From Paraspadella gotoi (Eukaryota > Animalia > Chaetognatha): a DNA stretch of 64,000 bases. The notes below the pieces were generated by a model, which saw nothing but the letters and a program-made list of their open reading frames with translations, was not told where the DNA came from and did not search any database. Position 1 is the first letter of the stretch, and each line of letters opens with the position of its first letter. Location: contig CM119264.1 of the NCBI GenBank assembly GCA_051294375.1, positions 15,837,049 to 15,901,048 on the forward strand, read 5' to 3'. The translations under genes and the position numbers were made by a program. Shown here in pieces: positions 12,801 through 26,417 of the stretch.

Positions 12801-15800
12801 CTCCGTCGATTCATCCCGAAGGTCGCACATCGTTGTACGCCGCTTTATGAGGCACTCAGTGGAAAACCGAAGGACACTCAGATGGACTGACGACTCGAAA
12901 CAGGCCTTTTGAGGCAATAAAAGAAGGCCTGATACAGGCAGCTCTTGCTCCAACCACCCCGAACCGGCGCCGCAATTATTTGCATTACGACGGATGCCTC
13001 CGACCCACGCAGTCGGGGCCAGTGCTCGTGCAGAGGGGACCCAAAGGATGGAGTACCATTGGCATTCTTTTCAGCCAATTACAAAAAAACCCAAAGACTC
13101 CTGGCCCCCATTTTGATCGCGGAGTCTTTTCGGGATTTTGCCGCGCAGTCCAGCATTTCCCGGCATGGATTTGAGGGAAGAAGCTTTTACAATTATACAC
13201 TGACCACAAAGTCGCTCATCTCCGGGCCCTCAAGAAAAAGTCCGAACCTCAAACAGCGCGTCAGAGCTTACAGCTATCGGTAATCGCCGAATTCTCGACC
13301 GACATATCGCTATCTAAAAGGCAAAAGCTATGTCGTTGGCAGACGCCTTCTCGCCCCAACTCGTCGCCAGCAGCTGCCAGCATCATTGCAAACAGCCGAC
13401 AAAACTCCGAATCAAACCGAGAGGTCTCGAACAACCAAATCGACCACACCCGCCCAGGGCCATCGACGGCTGCCGTGCCAGAAAAGCGGAGTGAAAGCGA
13501 TGCCTTACTAACTTAATCAGTTTATTTCCGGGTACGTCCAAGCGTCATAGCTCTTCATTTCTCTCGTTTTTTTGTTTTTCAACGACCGTTACGCGATAGG
13601 TACGTTCGAACGGGAGATGGCCAGAGAGCAGGAGCCTCGACCGACTATCCGAATCTCTTGCGCACTGAATCACATATCGCGAGAACTAAAGGATCTGGGC
13701 CTGAATTTTCTAAGAGTAAAATAGCAACACAAGATCGCAGGGAAGTTAGCAGCTACTCCAGATTTGTCAATGAGTGGACCAGCAAATCAGACCTACTCGT
13801 CCCTTTGCAGCTATTGGCTGACGATTAATAAGGGTGGTCAGACGTCATCAGAGTGGACTTGGCCACCCTGGAGTAGGAGCAACCTGATACGAAAAGCGGT
13901 GTCAGGCAAAATTTCGTACAACCTGGCTCTCTTACCACATTGACATATTTCAGAACTGTCAAACACGTGGGCCGAGAACTGAGTGCATTCGAATGTCAAC
14001 AAGCAACAAGTGACAAGGCACGTAGTTCCCAGAGATTGTGTGAATACAGATCCGCCGCCCATGGAGACTTTCGAGCATAGTCACAGTCTAGACCCCCTCG
14101 TGTAAGATGCGCCACGTAGCTCGAAATAGGATTCAAGCTACCTCTTAACAATCGCGCTTGATCGATTCTCGCCGCTTGGTCCAACAGAAATCGATCCCGT
14201 TTAAAGACACTCTGTACGACAACAGTACTTGCATGCCTCAGCACAGAAATGGATTAGCACATATTTCGCAGTCCCAGCCGTAATCCACAATAGATGCCGC
14301 GGTACTCATGGTTCACTTCGTCTCTATGCGAGATCAATTGACACACAGTGGAAGGAATAAAACACCAGACAATTCCACTTGACTATCACCCTCAGTCTGC
14401 GAATGGGCCTCGTTGAACGGTTTTCACAGTGCGCGCTAAGGAATCTTCTCATGGCATTGGGGAGATACGGGGACAGACCGAGAATTGGTTCTGAAACTGC
14501 CCATGACCCTCTTAGCAGCAAGTGTCAGGACGCACAATAAAGGAGGACATCGGAGCGGCCTCCAGGGCTGCTGACCTCTGGTTTTTGGCGAAGGGAGATC
14601 AGCGTCCCATGCAGCATCTATTGGTAGCGACAGTCAAAACGATGAAGTTATTCTAAGAATCGTCATCGTTCAAAACCACTATCGCAGCCCCGCCGTCGAG
14701 ATTCGCGCGGCTAAACAACCCTTGAAACTACGAGCCAAGCTTCGCATTATCAGTCGACACGATTCAGTGCAACCTCCCGGCTAGCAAACCTGGAGACAGG
14801 GCTCGACATGTTGTGACCGAGAGGAGGGCATCAACCCACCACTGTCCTCCTTACGATGGCCCAATTTCGTTGCGAATGTGAAATATGACGATATTACAGC
14901 AAAGCCGAGAATGGGTATCGTAAGGCCAGGCGTGATCGCTTACATCCTATCGGAAATCAGACGACTGGCGAACGCGGTCGGCACCGGCTAGAAATTATAT
15001 CTAACGTTTTAAAACGGGCCGAGCAAACTACGGGTAAGCAAAGTACACATACCTACGCACACGAGACTTTATCTGCCAAGCGCGGCACTGTAAATGGCCC
15101 CTCTATAACTACTTGTCGACCGGCATCGGCTTATAATGCTGGACAGTATACGACCTAGAACACCCTACAAGTTTCTTCGCCATGCATTAGACTCCAAACG
15201 ACAGAATGCCCGAAGCTCAGCGAGACCAGCACCCACTACATGGCAAGCGTCAGATCGACTTGTCGCGCGAACCGCCCGACGGCTCTTTCCATCCTCCTCC
15301 TCCCCTCTTACTCTCTACTGACCTCGCCACCAAAGCATCAGGCATCTGAATCAAGACACCTAGTCAACACTCGTACCCAACGACTTTGTGCTAGGTGCCG
15401 TCCCCTCCTCCTCACTTCTCTCACATCCATTATTCCCTCCGGGGCCCATCACTCTCCTTCTGCCTTTCGGACTTACTAGGCTCACGCCGTTCTCGCAATT
15501 CGCACCTCAAATCTTACAAGTATCTTAAGAGAAAGCGATCACAAACAACAACAACTTCGCCGAAAGATAAAATGATGGTTACTATTACAGATCCAAGACC
15601 ACGAGGAATTCCCCGGACGTAAAAGGTGATTAAAAGAGAGCTAACCACAACAACAACAAAAACGACAGGACAAAGCAAGGGAAAACAAACCAGAACAACA
15701 ATCGCCTCCAGCTGCATTTGTTATACTTTACCATTATAGTATTAAGAGAATGCTTCGTCACAAGAGAACAAAGAACGACAAAACCATAGGAACAACAAAC

Positions 15801-16578
15801 AAAAATGTAAAACAAACCCCTGAGGTTAACCGCGCCGGAACATTTGGCTATTTGCCTGTTTCTAGCTAATCGCTCCGATTTCTTCTTTGCGCCTGATTTT
15901 TGAAATGTTATATTCTATTCTTGCCATATTTTTTGAAATTTTAGAATGTTGTGAAAGATGTTAATGTTAAAGTCCAGTCAAGATAGATCTTCAAGTTGGT
16001 ATTGATAATGCGTTATATACCCGAATATAAATATTACAGTTTTAAATTATATTTTTACTCGAGATACATCCACTCCCGGTATGGACGACAAACATATTAT
16101 TGAAATATTATTAGCCCATATATTCCAACAGGGGGCTTTGCGGCCAATCTGAGTGAACTATTCTGTGAATTCAAGTTGAAGCCTTTTGTTTTTCTTTTGT
16201 TAGTCTGGCTAACAAAAGAGGCACTTGCTCGCCGCACTGAATTACTTTGTAGTTATATTGTGTTACTTGTATATTACTGATTGACCCTGGCAGTATGATC
16301 AACTGATTTTTCTCCTGATGAAATATACTTGCTTCTACAATTATTTTTCACAATGTTTTTACTTAATATTTTCAAAGTAAGAAATACATTAAGTGATAAA
16401 GAAAAACCTTTACCTCAAATCTGATTCAAACAACCAATCAAAAATGAAACCAATCAATTTGAAATCCAATGTGAGACTTCCCTGCGATGAACGTATGCAT
16501 CTAATTAACTATCAATCATCACGTGTCAACTCTATCGACGCCTCTAATCAAACTCAGCGGCCTTCGCATGAATTACCA
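9887..16578 (+). mobile_element. Ty3/gypsy LTR retrotransposon, CsRN1-clade-like, frameshifted, antisense in PHTF intron 1
   Basis: Direct repeats (LTRs) at about 9887-10303 and 16139-16578. PBS TGGTGAGCCCGAC 10306-10318 (resembles the tRNA-Trp PBS TGGTGACCCCGAC). Gag CHCC motif CSKHLKFGDNARSCEPGC 11418-11471. Protease LVDGG, RT KIDLLKGYH and YLDD (12531-12542), RNase H TTDAS. G-run PPT at about 16131. Confidence 0.93.
11505..11549 (+). promoter_or_regulatory. Candidate -1 ribosomal frameshift signal at the gag-pol junction
   Basis: Slippery heptamer GGGAAAC, 6-nt spacer, then hairpin GGGGGACG-C-CGTTT-GGTG-AAACG-C-CGTCCCCC. Confidence 0.75.
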
Positions 16579-16785
16579 ATCCCTGGCCTTAAGTAGGTAA
16601 TAGACTAGGTTAACCTAGTAGTTAACTCAATAAAAGTAGGCAATTTTAATGAACGAAAGTAGCTTTAAAACAGAAATACTCAGTAGTCCTACCAAGGTCA
16701 TTTCTTCTCGTCTCTCTCTCTCCTTTCCTTCTCTCTCTTTACTTTTTTAAACAAATCATTTTTCTCGTTTTTTCACTTTTTGCCA

Positions 16786-16825
16786 CTGATGATGATGACT
16801 TAGCAATATAAGTCGAAATATTTGG
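16786..16825 (+). ncRNA. Degenerate PLE-type hammerhead
   Basis: CCA-CTGATGA-tgat-GACTT-agcaatat-AAGTC-GAAA-tatt-TGG, downstream of a CT-rich tract as in the other pseudo-LTRs. Stem III is damaged. Confidence 0.5.
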
Positions 16826-17009
16826 AAAACCAAAATTCGGTTTTTTTTTGTAATTGTTGCTACTTTTCCCATGTATGAAAATCTATCTTATATAGATCCT
16901 GCATATTTTATTATAATTAAATTGTCAGAACGTTTTTCTCTTTTTTTTCCATATTTTTTTGACACGCTAAACGTTTCTCTGATTACGCAAAATTTCATGA
17001 AAAAAATAA

Positions 17010-17645
17010 AAAATTAATAGTACCAATAGTTAGTTAGTGTATGTCTCGAATAGATGGAAAAAAAACCTCGTTTAAAAATTCGATCGGGAAGTGGGGTAAC
17101 TAAGGCTTACCAATGGCATCCTCCACGCCAAATCGTTCTCTCAAATAATTTTTTTTATTTAATACATTTGAAAGGGAAAAAAAGAAATTCAGAATGCAGG
17201 TTGCAGAAGGGTACAGATAATGACATGACTGTACTACATGATAATCATGACCTTTTATGTCTTGTGAAATGGGGGCAGTAGAGAAACCTAAAAAATTCGA
17301 TCATTAAGTCAGTCAATGAACCCTTTCCAATGGGCTATTCCGCGAAATTTTTTTTCTTAATTTAAACGGATGATAAGTAAAAGAATTAAATTCCTTGTAT
17401 AAAGGTTGTTATATTTAAAAGAAAATTATCAATACAAATAAACACAATGATGTCTTGCTTTGTCAAATATGTCACCAGCTATGTAATTTTTTAAAATTTT
17501 ATTATGATAAACAAGCGCGTGTCAAGCTTTTTGTTTGCAGTGAAGATAATGAAAATGACAATTTTTTCACAGACAAGAAGGTAGACGTCCAGACTGTTTA
17601 TATCAATCTGAAAATATTTTTGTATTTATCATTTTTCATATTTAA
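17010..17645. repeat. Interspersed repeat
   Basis: Inverted copy at about 36767-37400. Confidence 0.75.
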
Positions 17646-19790
17646 AAAAACATTTTATCAAGCTACTTCATAAATTTTGTCTTTTTTTACTTTAAATAAA
17701 AAATACAAGCAAATTTATAGAGTAGAGCAAATTTAATGGTAATCAAAATGTAATTTAGTCTTTCCTTTTTCAAATTACGAAAGAAGAAAAAAAATTTCAC
17801 ATGCCTTCATTGAAATTTTTAATGCAAAAAACTGTTATACTTTAACTCCGATTTAAATAAAAGCTGTGTAAAGATTTTATGAATAAAATTTAATAAAACT
17901 ATTTCAGAGAGGTGTCCATGATTAGGGCTTTAATTTAATACCTCACCCACTTTCCTACCTCTTTTTTTTCCAAAGTTATTTAAGAAAATAACTTTTTTTA
18001 CCGTGAGAGAACTAAGGATTTGAACTACGCAGTACAAATCTTTGTTAAATAAAAATTTCAGCAAAGCGGGAGTATCTCAATTTATCCTATTGGTACAATA
18101 CCTAATTTTAAAATAAAACTTAAAGAAAAATTTTCCGTCCTCTAGAGACATATCACTTTCAGGTTTACCCATCGTCTTACACATTTATGGATTATGCTGG
18201 AAGAAATCAGCAAAACGTTTTCTCTTTTTTTTAAATAGTTTGTACTAGGCGTCAGAAATCTAAGAAGAAACTCGAAAATTTTATTCTGACAAATTTTGCC
18301 TTTCAAGGCTGACGTTTATACTATATCTCGAAACCATTTGTGAATTTAAAAAACGGTTTTTGCAAGTGAATATTGATATCATCCTCCAGGGACCGGCCTA
18401 TAAAATATATTAAAAAAATAACTAAATTGGCTCTCGAGTGAGGTATCTACTTTATATTATCTTTAAATATCTCTTTTCAAAATGTTAATTTTGGTAAATT
18501 TTTTCTAGCAGCGGATTTAAAATTTTTACGTGGTATACATGTACAGAGTGTCTCAAGCGTACCGTCACTTTACAAAAGAACGCTGTGTCAAATTGGTAGG
18601 GTAAATCATCAATTTGATAGAACTACCGGAAAGATAAGTGCGTACAGTTTTTTTTGGTATCTATAATATCATGTTTATGGAGAATTGCAAGATTATTTGT
18701 TTTACTGTACTAGTCTTTAAAATTTTATATTTTATATTTAGAGAGAAAAGAATTTCTTTGTGCAACAACGACTTATTGTTAGTATACAAAAAACCCACTA
18801 AAAAGTGGGTTTTTTTAAAAATTACTTAATTTTTTTAATATGAAACATTAAATTGTTGAAGCAAAAATTTAAATCATATAATATCTATCATTTTTACAAA
18901 GCTTAATATATAATTTAAAGATAAAAAATAACCCTAAACCTATGTTTTACATGTTTACTATCAGTATCACTTTCATTCCTGGCTTCTGTACCATTTTCCT
19001 TATATTAAATAATTTTAATCGTGAATCGCAAATTATGTTAAGACCGACACAAAAATGATTGCTATTCTTTTGTTATTATTTAACACAAGGTCAGGGTTCT
19101 TTTAAAGCTATTTATCAGAAAAAATTAAACTTCAATATAATTATATATTTGAATATTTGTCACACGTTAAAGAATTCGCTGAAAAGGTATCCTAACCAGG
19201 AGTAAAGTAACGAGATTAACGAAAATGCAGGAAAATAATATATTGAGGTCAGGAAAAAATCTTAGCTTAATGAAACACCTTAATATTTTATTAACTCAAA
19301 TATTGTATCCGAACATCAAAATTTATTTTTAGCCCAAAAGACAAGTTAGTTCGTCAAAAACATGTACTAAAAATGTACTTCAAGTTTTAATGTATTAGTA
19401 ATTTATATAAATGTTTATGATGCATATTTATATCAAATTATTTTGAGTATTTAATTAATATTTTCTAATAAGATTAAGTTTATACACTTTTTTCATCACA
19501 GGTTTTATTCAGAAAATATAATATTTATATTTATTACATTTCTGTTTACCATAAAAAATATTAATTAATTAATACTATTATTAAATATTTTCAGTATATT
19601 TTTATCAGTAATCACTTATATATATATTTTATATTGGTTGTACCAATTTCATTAAAAAGTATAAATATTTTAAATTTGTATATTAAAAAGTATTAATATG
19701 ACAGTCTGCTATCTATAATTTAAAAAACCCAAAAAACGCAATAAAACCCAAAAAAAACCAAAAAAACCCAGGTTTTTGCCAACCCAGCAT

Positions 19791-19832
19791 ATAAGTCATA
19801 CATGTTTCGACTTTTGTATAAGTCTTCTTCAG
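19791..19832 (-). ncRNA. PLE-type hammerhead split by a MITE insertion
   Basis: CTGAAGA-A-GACTT-atacaa-AAGTC-GAAA-CATGTA. The stem I partner (ATAAGCA) lies beyond the MITE at 20465-20471. Confidence 0.7.
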
Positions 19833-20456
19833 TAGGGTGGAGTGATGAAAAGATTGAGCGATGGAACAATGTTTTTTTGCTGCCTTTGTATATGTAATAA
19901 AAAATAATTAAGCCCTTTTTCAAAAAAAAAAATGCATAACAGTATCATTAATTGAATTTTTTTTATAATAATATCCTTATAAAATCATAAAATTTCAAAA
20001 TCATATTTTCTTAATTTTAAGAACAGTTTTGGATTCGCCGGAAAAAACTGAAAAACTTTTGTAAAAAATGTTATATGATATTTTTAAGTTAAAGCTGCAA
20101 AAAATGACCAAAACGTTTCATCATATAATAGTTTCTACTACAAAGTATAAAAAAGTAGAGAAATTGACCTTTTTTTCCCATTTTTGATGCTGAAGACAAT
20201 AAAATTTTTAATAACATTTTATATTTTTGATCTAACTTTTTATGAAAAATCAGAATGTTTAATAAAAATTTTAAAAAATTAATTTGAAAATTTAGGATTT
20301 TATAAGAATATTACTATAAATATATTGTAATTAATGATACTGTTCCCCAAACAATATAAGCAAAATATTTTTTGTACTCCTTAATCATACTATCTCACGT
20401 CTAAATATCCTTGTTTGATCACTCAAATAAAATTTATGTTCCCCAGTGCTCCACTA
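19833..20456. mobile_element. hAT-like MITE (624 bp)
   Basis: Terminal TAGGGTGGAG / CTCCACTA and 8-bp TSD TTCTTCAG (19825-19832, 20457-20464). Confidence 0.85.
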
Positions 20457-20735
20457 TTCTTCAGTGCTTATTAAATAATTTAATGAATTTCACTATAATA
20501 TCTATATATTAGATTTAATTTATATAAATCTTTATATAAGTATATTCTTTTATAATGTATTGGGGAGAGGGATGTTAGTGTTGTCTTCTGGAAATTGAGG
20601 GAGCATCTATACAACACAAGGTTAAAAATTACTTACTGCCCTAGATTGAAAATTCAAAATATTGAAAAGATAAAAAAAAACTTTTTTTTTATTATTATTT
20701 TATTATTCTCTATATTTCTCTCTCAATCAACTCTG

Positions 20736-20766
<31 letters not shown>

Positions 20767-21226
20767 AATTAACTCATCGCGTCAATAAATGACTAGCATC
20801 GCATCAATGAATGACTATCATCGCATCAATGAATGACTATCATCGCATCAATGAATGATTATCATCCGATCAATGAAGTACTATCATCACATCAATGAAT
20901 GATTATCATCGCATCCATCATTTGGTTATCATCGCCTCAATCCTTTGGTTATCATCGCATCAATATATGGTTATCATCGCATCAATATTTGGTTATCATC
21001 GCATCAATATTTGGTTATCATCAAAAGCAGGCTCGATCCCTATTGCTTTTAAGATTTTTAAATATGTTTTGTTTTACATTTTATCAAAACAAACAAATAT
21101 CCTCTATTTTATTTTATGTCTCCTTCTCTCTCTCTCTCACTCCGTCCTCTCTTTTTATGCAATTGCGACGATCTTTATGCTTTTAAGATTTAAATGGTAA
21201 TAAGCTAACTTGGTCAACTTGCATAA

Positions 21227-21853
21227 TAGAGTGGAGCACTGGTGAACATAAATTTTATTTGAGTGATCAAACAAGGATATTTAGATGCGAGATAGTATGA
21301 TTAAGGAGTACAAAAAATATTTTGCTTATATTGTTTGGGGAACAGTATCATTAATTACAATATATTTATAGTAATATTCTTATAAAATTATAAATTTTTA
21401 ACATAATTTTTTTAAAAATTTTTATTAAAGATTCTGATTCTTCACAAAAAGTTAGATCAAAAATATAAAATATGTTATTAAAAATTTTCATGTCTTCAGC
21501 GTCAAAAATGGAAAAATAAGGTTAAATTCTCTACTTTTTTATACTTTGTAGTAGAAACTATTATATGATGAAACTTTTTAATCATTTTTCGCAGCCTTAA
21601 CCTAAAAATTTCATGTAACATATTTTACAAAAGTTTTTCAGTTTTTTCCGGCGAATCCAAAACTTTTTAAAATTGAGAAAATATGATTTTGAAATTTTAT
21701 GATTTTATAAGGATATTACTATAAAGAAAATTCAATTAATGATACTGTTATGCAAATTTTTTTTGAAAAAGGGTTTAATTAATTTTTATTACATATACAA
21801 AGGCAGCAAAAAAATATCGTTCCATCACTCAATCTTTTCATCACTCCACCCTA
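21227..21853. mobile_element. hAT-like MITE, same family, opposite orientation (627 bp)
   Basis: TIR TAG(A/G)GTGGAG and 8-bp TSD TTGCATAA (21219-21226, 21854-21861). Confidence 0.85.
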
Positions 21854-23534
21854 TTGCATAATTTAATCAACTTGCATAATTTGGTTAACTGACATAATTT
21901 GGTTAACTGACATAATTGGGTCAACTGACATAATTTGATCAATTAAGATAATTTGGTCAACCGGCATAATTTGGTCAACTGGCATAATTTTATCAACTGG
22001 CCTAATTTGGTCAACTGGCATAATTTGGTCAACAGGCATAATTTGGTCAACTTTAAGAATTTGGTCAACTGGCATATTTTTGTCAATTTGCATAATTTAG
22101 TCAATCAATCAATCAATCAGAGAGAGATAGAGAGAGAGAAACTTTAAAAAATTCAAATAAATGTGTCTTTTGGGTTTCTAATTTGAACTCTTTTCCACTC
22201 CTTTATAAAGCTTTATCACATACTTTCCTACCCACACACAAAATTCAATTTCGATTTATCTATCCAATTTTTAATAAACATAATAATTATGAGTAAATTT
22301 AAGTAAAAATACTTCAAGTAAATATGACTTTTGTTTTTTCCATTTTAACTCATTTCCACTCGCACGATTCCATCGAAACTTTATATCCAGCTCAATCACA
22401 CACTTCCCTACCATCATTTAAAATTTCAAGTCAATTGCCCTATCTACTCATGAGCAATTGGCGTTCAAATAGTGAAATATATTTTTTTGTTTTTTCCATT
22501 TAAACCAATTTCCACTCGCACGATTCCCTCGAAACTTCATATCCATCTCAAGCACACAGTTTCCTACCCACACACAAAATTTCATACCAATCCATCCATC
22601 CAATCACGAGTAATTGGAGTTTTTTGCTAAGGTGTGACGGACGGACGGACGGACAGACAGACGGACGGACGGACATCGTTTTTTTTGCATAATTTATCAT
22701 AATTCGATGTTCTGACATGATATAAGTGTGTGCCCGACAATATTGAGGGGGCGGACCGACGGACCGACAAAGTGAATTATAGAGTCGGGATCTGCTGATA
22801 AGCAGATCCGACTAAAAATAAAAGAGAAAATTTGTTTGTTTTGATAAAACGTAAACAAAACATATTTAATAACTGTCCAGACTCAATTTTAAGCACATCG
22901 ATGATGAGAAGCTGTATATAAATTTTCAGCTTCATACACCCAAATTTAATCATAAAAAAGGCGATCTATAATTTGGAACACCGACGACAACAACGACGAC
23001 GACGCCACTTATGCGCAAAAGCGTTACAATATCGTTACAATATCGTCGCAAACGCTAAGCGATTGCAACGATAAAAAGAGAGAAAAGTTGTTTGTTTTGA
23101 TAAAATGTAAACAAAACATATTTAATAACTGTCCTGACTCAATTTTAAGCACATCGATGATGAGAAGCTGTATATAAATTTTCAGCTTCATACATTCAAA
23201 TTTAATTATAAAAAAGGCGATCTATAATTTGAAACGCCAACGACGACGACAATGACGCGCCACTTATGAGCAATATCGTCGCAAACGCAAAGCGATTGCA
23301 ACGATAAAAAATCTTTAATGTAGTTGGAAAGATTTGAATATTTTAAAATTGACAAAAAGTATTTTCGACATTGGCTTTGAGTGCTGATAAAATGTGATAT
23401 AATAGTTTGATTTAAAAAATAAAGATATCATATTAAACTGTAAGAACTTCTAGATCCAAAGAGTACAGCAAATACATTTTTTTTTTATTTGACAGTACGC
23501 TTGACACTTTGTAATTCACGATTGAGATACGCAC

Positions 23535-23712
23535 CGACGTCAATGAGTTCCGTTTTGATTCGTCCAGACCGCTTTGGTACGAGTTTGAGTCCTTTGAGGA
23601 CGGACTTTTGGACTTTGGGTTCGTAGTCGGCGTTGACATCGTAAGCTCCTATCCTTGTTTGCAGCCAAGCAATAGGATCGGCGTAGCCAACGGTGTTGTC
23701 CGATGATGACAT
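23535..23712 (-). CDS. PHTF: PHTF-family (putative homeodomain transcription factor) gene, coding exon 1
   Basis: MSSSDNTVGYADPIAWLQTRIGAYD...KGLKLVPKRSGRIKTELIDV resembles the PHTF N-terminus (W.Q.KIGAYD...KGL...PK..G.IK.DLIDVDL.RGS). Donor G|GTGCGT joins the exon at 8606 to give IDV-D-LVRGS. Confidence 0.9.
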
Positions 23713-24318
23713 TATGTTTATAGGTATCAGGAAGACTCAATCGGCAATAGCAGACAAAAGTTCGCAGTTAAACCCTAGCATAAAAACTAGTTTACGTGCT
23801 ACCCTAAATTCGTTTGACCCGAAAAGTACATCGAAACGCGTCGAAAAAAGTTATGTGCTGTGTCATGATTTGCTCTTTTTCTATTTGTCTTCAAAAACTA
23901 AAAACCTAAAAAACTTACATACGATAATAGCGTGTATTTAAATTTAGCAGTACAACCTCAACAGAGTACATGTAGTCGTAAAGTTACATTACCAAATTAC
24001 GTATGCGACCAACTATTGCATGATCAAGTACCGAAGGAAACGAAGAAAGCATTCAGTTCCAAGATACAAACCAAAACCACGCATATAAAATGAGAAGGTA
24101 TCATTGTTCACAAGCCACAAAATCGCCATCGAAAAAAACCCTCAACCAAAACAAAAATAAGTGGGAAGGAAGCGCGACGGTAATAGTGAGAGAAAAAGTA
24201 TTACAAATATCTAATTTAATTAGTATGTTACTATAATATCACGAGTAAAATGACAACGCGCAAATTTCTGGCTCGTGATCGCGATGTAGTTCTCTCGATC
24301 AATCCCCATTGCAGTTCG

Positions 24319-24502
24319 TTATTGATGAGCTGAGCTGAAGATGTATTTAACGAAGTCCTCATAGTTAACGTTTCCTTGTTGATCCTCGTGCGGTCCCACA
24401 AGATGTTCAACGTCCTCCTCTGACATTTTTTCGCCCAAGTTGATCAAGAGGTGGCGCAATTCGGCCGAGCTTATGGTGCCATTGGCGTCCTTGTCGAAAA
24501 CC
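24319..24502 (-). CDS. Myosin essential light chain, exon 3 (stop)
   Basis: Acceptor cttgtag|[61 protein letters not shown]. The three exons total 459 nt = 152 aa plus stop. Confidence 0.93.
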
Positions 24503-26164
24503 CTACAAGAATAATCAACATTAAGACACAGCTAAATTAACATATAATAAAACAAGTTTGAGCAAATCGGATCTGCCCACGATCATTAGCGGTACTTAAT
24601 TAAACATTAATTGACAATAGTTTGGTCAACTGACATAATTTGGTCAACTGACATAATTTGGTCAACTGACATAATTTGGTCAACTGACATAATTTGGTCA
24701 ACTGGCAGAATTTGGTAAATCAATCAAAGAGATTGAGAGAGGGAAACTTTTAAAACTTCAAATAAATGTGTCTTTTGGTTTTCTAATTTAAATTACTTTC
24801 CTACCCACACACAAAATTTCATTTCAATTTATCTATCCAATTTTAAATAAATATAATAATTATGAGTAAATATAAATAAAAATACTAAGTAAATATGACT
24901 TTTATTTTTTCCATTTAAACTCATTTCCACTCGCACGATTCCATCAAAACTTTATATCCATTTCAATCACACACTTTCCTACCCACACACAAAATTTCAT
25001 TCCAATCCATACATCCAATCACGAGTAATTGGAGTTTAATGCTAAGGGGGGATGGACGGATGGACGGATATCATTTTTTTTGCATAATTTATTATAATTT
25101 GGTTCTGATATGATAATAATGATTTCGCGACAATATTTTGGGGTGGGAACGACAAAGTAAATTATAGAATCGGAATCTGCTGATAAGCAGGATCCAAACT
25201 AAAAAAATGTCCCCGTCGGTTAGTCCGTCTTTCCGTCCCCCCTTAGCATTAAATCCAATTACTTCAAGTAATATGACTTTTGTTTTTTCCATTTAAACTT
25301 CCACTCGCACGATTCCATCAAAACTTTATATCCAGCTCTATTACACACTTTCACAAAATTTCATTCCAATCCATCCATCCAATCACGATTAATTGAAGTT
25401 TAATGAAAAGGTGGGACAAACCTTCAGACAGACGGACATTGTTTTTTTTTGCTTAATTTCTCATAATTTGATGTTCTGACATGATTTAAGTGACTGCCCG
25501 ACAACCTTTTAGGGTGGGACCGACGGACCAACAAGGTGAATTATAGAGTCGGAATCTGCGATAAGCAGATCTGAATAAAAATTAATTTATTTGATTCGAA
25601 ATGTTTGTTTTTGGGTCTGACCAAGATAAAAGCATCGACGATGATGGCGACGATGAAAATAATGCCGATAAAGATTGATTTGATTAATAGACTTTTTTTC
25701 CGCAACAAATGGTGATAGAAACTTCGGAAAACCACCATTCGATTCGAAATAAAATCCTCTTTCGAATGATGTGCTATATGATTAACTTATTTACAAATTT
25801 CCAAGTTCTACGTGCGTCAGATTTATTATGGATTTAATTGAATGTAAAACTCCGATGTAGGTGTAATTTATTACAAATTAATAAAAAACTTGTTAATAGT
25901 ATAAAACAAAATATTTTTAAACTGAAGAGACATTAATGATTGTTGTATGTTTGTTAGAAATGATTTTAAATCAAACAAATTCTTTTCGTGAATATCTGAA
26001 TCACGTCAATTGGTATTAGTCTCAACTTTAATGATTTTATATTATCTTGACTCTCATTGGTCGAATTCTACCAATAGTAGTTAATGATTGAATTCTCAAT
26101 AATTTTAAAGAAGATCTCTCTTCTCATTGGTCCATTAAATTTAGTTTTTGTATAAAAGAAAGGG

Positions 26165-26417
26165 TATGGCAACAGCCGGGTTGCCTGTGATGGCCATTGG
26201 GATGGGGCATCTCTCACTGTGGGCTTGGGGCCTTCCGACCCTCAGTGACGCTTCCAGTCACTGGCGCGGTTACCCTAGGACGGTCTCGCTTTGCCAACGC
26301 AGAGGAAGTCGTTAGGACTGTGGATGGAACACTACGCCTGGGATGGTGTGTTCCCCTCTGAGCCAATGGTTTTGGCTGACGGATGGTGGACGTGAGCGGT
26401 GTGAATATACCGCCACA
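26165..26417 (-). mobile_element. Second family IV solo-LTR-like unit, in myosin light chain intron 2
   Basis: Reverse-complement copy of 1017-1271, flanked by the 4-bp direct repeat AGGG (26161-26164, 26418-26421). Twister-like fold at 26219-26298 with an altered L4. Confidence 0.75.

Noticed and set aside
23713-24318. Operon-like co-transcription of myosin light chain and PHTF (606-bp gap)
   Set aside because: A candidate poly(A) signal near 24220 and about 500 bp of possible promoter fit independent genes. No trans-splice evidence is visible in the sequence.
26300-26390. HDV-like ribozyme in family IV
   Set aside because: A P4-like hairpin followed by CTGA exists, but no P2 partner or nested P1/P3 could be built.
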